Both the position numbers and the translations under genes were made by a program. Source: Candidatus Aenigmatarchaeota archaeon (lineage in GTDB: Archaea > Aenigmatarchaeota > Aenigmatarchaeia > Aenigmatarchaeales > Aenigmatarchaeaceae). Taken from it: a DNA stretch of 39,123 bases. Of this stretch, positions 38,823-39,123 are shown piece by piece; position 1 is the first letter of the stretch, and each line of letters opens with the position of its first letter. The stretch covers positions 1 through 39,123 of the forward strand of contig JAAOXY010000082.1 in assembly GCA_018221065.1 (NCBI GenBank), in the 5' to 3' direction. The notes beneath the pieces are model-generated. The model was not told where the DNA came from and searched no databases. It saw nothing but the letters and a program-made list of their open reading frames with translations.

Positions 38823-39123
38823 ATGGACAAGAAATTATTTATTCATGCAGGAGAACTAGTGGTTGAATCCAAGTTAAGCGGACAATCAAAGCTACAATTG
38901 ATTAATTGGATTAAAAAGGAAGCAACCGAAGCACAAATTAAAGCTTTTCTCCTAGATGGGAAAATTACCGCTCTAGATGAGCAAGCAGAAGAAGTTGTTA
39001 ATGATAGATTTAAAGGATCAAACGTACAGCAAATGTTGGAATTTGTGGAACCAGTGTCGACTGTGACAATGGCTCTAGCTGCTGCAGGTCTTATGAAAGT
39101 GTGGGCATTATATCGCATGCAAA
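38823..39123 (+). CDS. hypothetical protein, 3'-truncated by the window end; paralog of 38212..38742
   Basis: Hand-translated: MDKKLFIHAGELVVESKLSGQSKLQLINWIKKEATEAQIKAFLLDGKITALDEQAEEVVNDRF.. AAGGAG RBS. Open to the window edge. Confidence 0.7.
   Translation, partial: MDKKLFIHAGELVVESKLSGQSKLQLINWIKKEATEAQIKAFLLDGKITALDEQAEEVVNDRFKGSNVQQMLEFVEPVSTVTMALAAAGLMKVWALYRMQ

Noticed and set aside
35155-39118. Minus-strand track ORFs inside late genes (35155..35487, 35849..36175, 38257..38457, 38843..39118)
   Set aside because: They are antisense shadows within a tightly packed + strand operon, with no RBS or promoter motifs.
1-39123. Prophage or integrative element interpretation
   Set aside because: There is no integrase, excisionase, repressor or att-like direct repeat in this window. 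Only the tRNA-like element hints at it, which is insufficient.

Overview
AT-rich, gene-dense window that reads as part of a tailed dsDNA phage genome. No integrase, rRNA or CRISPR array was seen. All function calls come from motif recognition by eye, with no database search.

Layout:
- 1-1286 (+): five small genes ending at a bidirectional terminator.
- 1394-17394 (-): about 50 mostly tiny genes that look like an early or host-takeover arm. A near-identical promoter-like cassette (core TTAATATATATAG on the + strand) and stereotyped terminator hairpins recur through it. The only clear enzyme is an ATP-dependent DNA ligase.
- 17395-17719: a strand-switch control region.
- 17720-39123 (+, with two small minus-strand genes at 18371-18740): accessory genes, a sugar-modification island, virion and fibre genes, an HNH endonuclease, and a lysis cassette.
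  - Accessory genes: a minimal SET-domain protein, a secreted protein and a PAS-like protein.
  - Sugar island: an 881-aa GT9-like/methyltransferase-like/GT4 fusion, a PIG-L deacetylase, a hexapeptide acyltransferase and a radical SAM enzyme.
  - Virion genes: a collagen-like fibre, tandem fibre paralogs and a beta-helix protein.
  - Lysis cassette: holin-like protein, u-spanin candidate and M15 endolysin.

Most striking signals:
1. A large family of 55-65 aa cysteine-rich proteins with signature CxGC..C..CPCxxC[ILV]VKxMC: 10 intact copies, 4 disrupted copies, 1 fragment and C-half-only relatives.
2. Two separate families of repeated regulatory motifs: 12 good early cassettes plus 1 degenerate copy, and 6 copies of (T)AGAACAAA upstream of + strand operons.
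3. A GC-rich hairpin element present three times, with a compensatory stem change.
4. A tRNA-like element with a non-canonical anticodon arm.

Many real genes here fall below the 60-aa ORF-track cutoff and were hand-translated.
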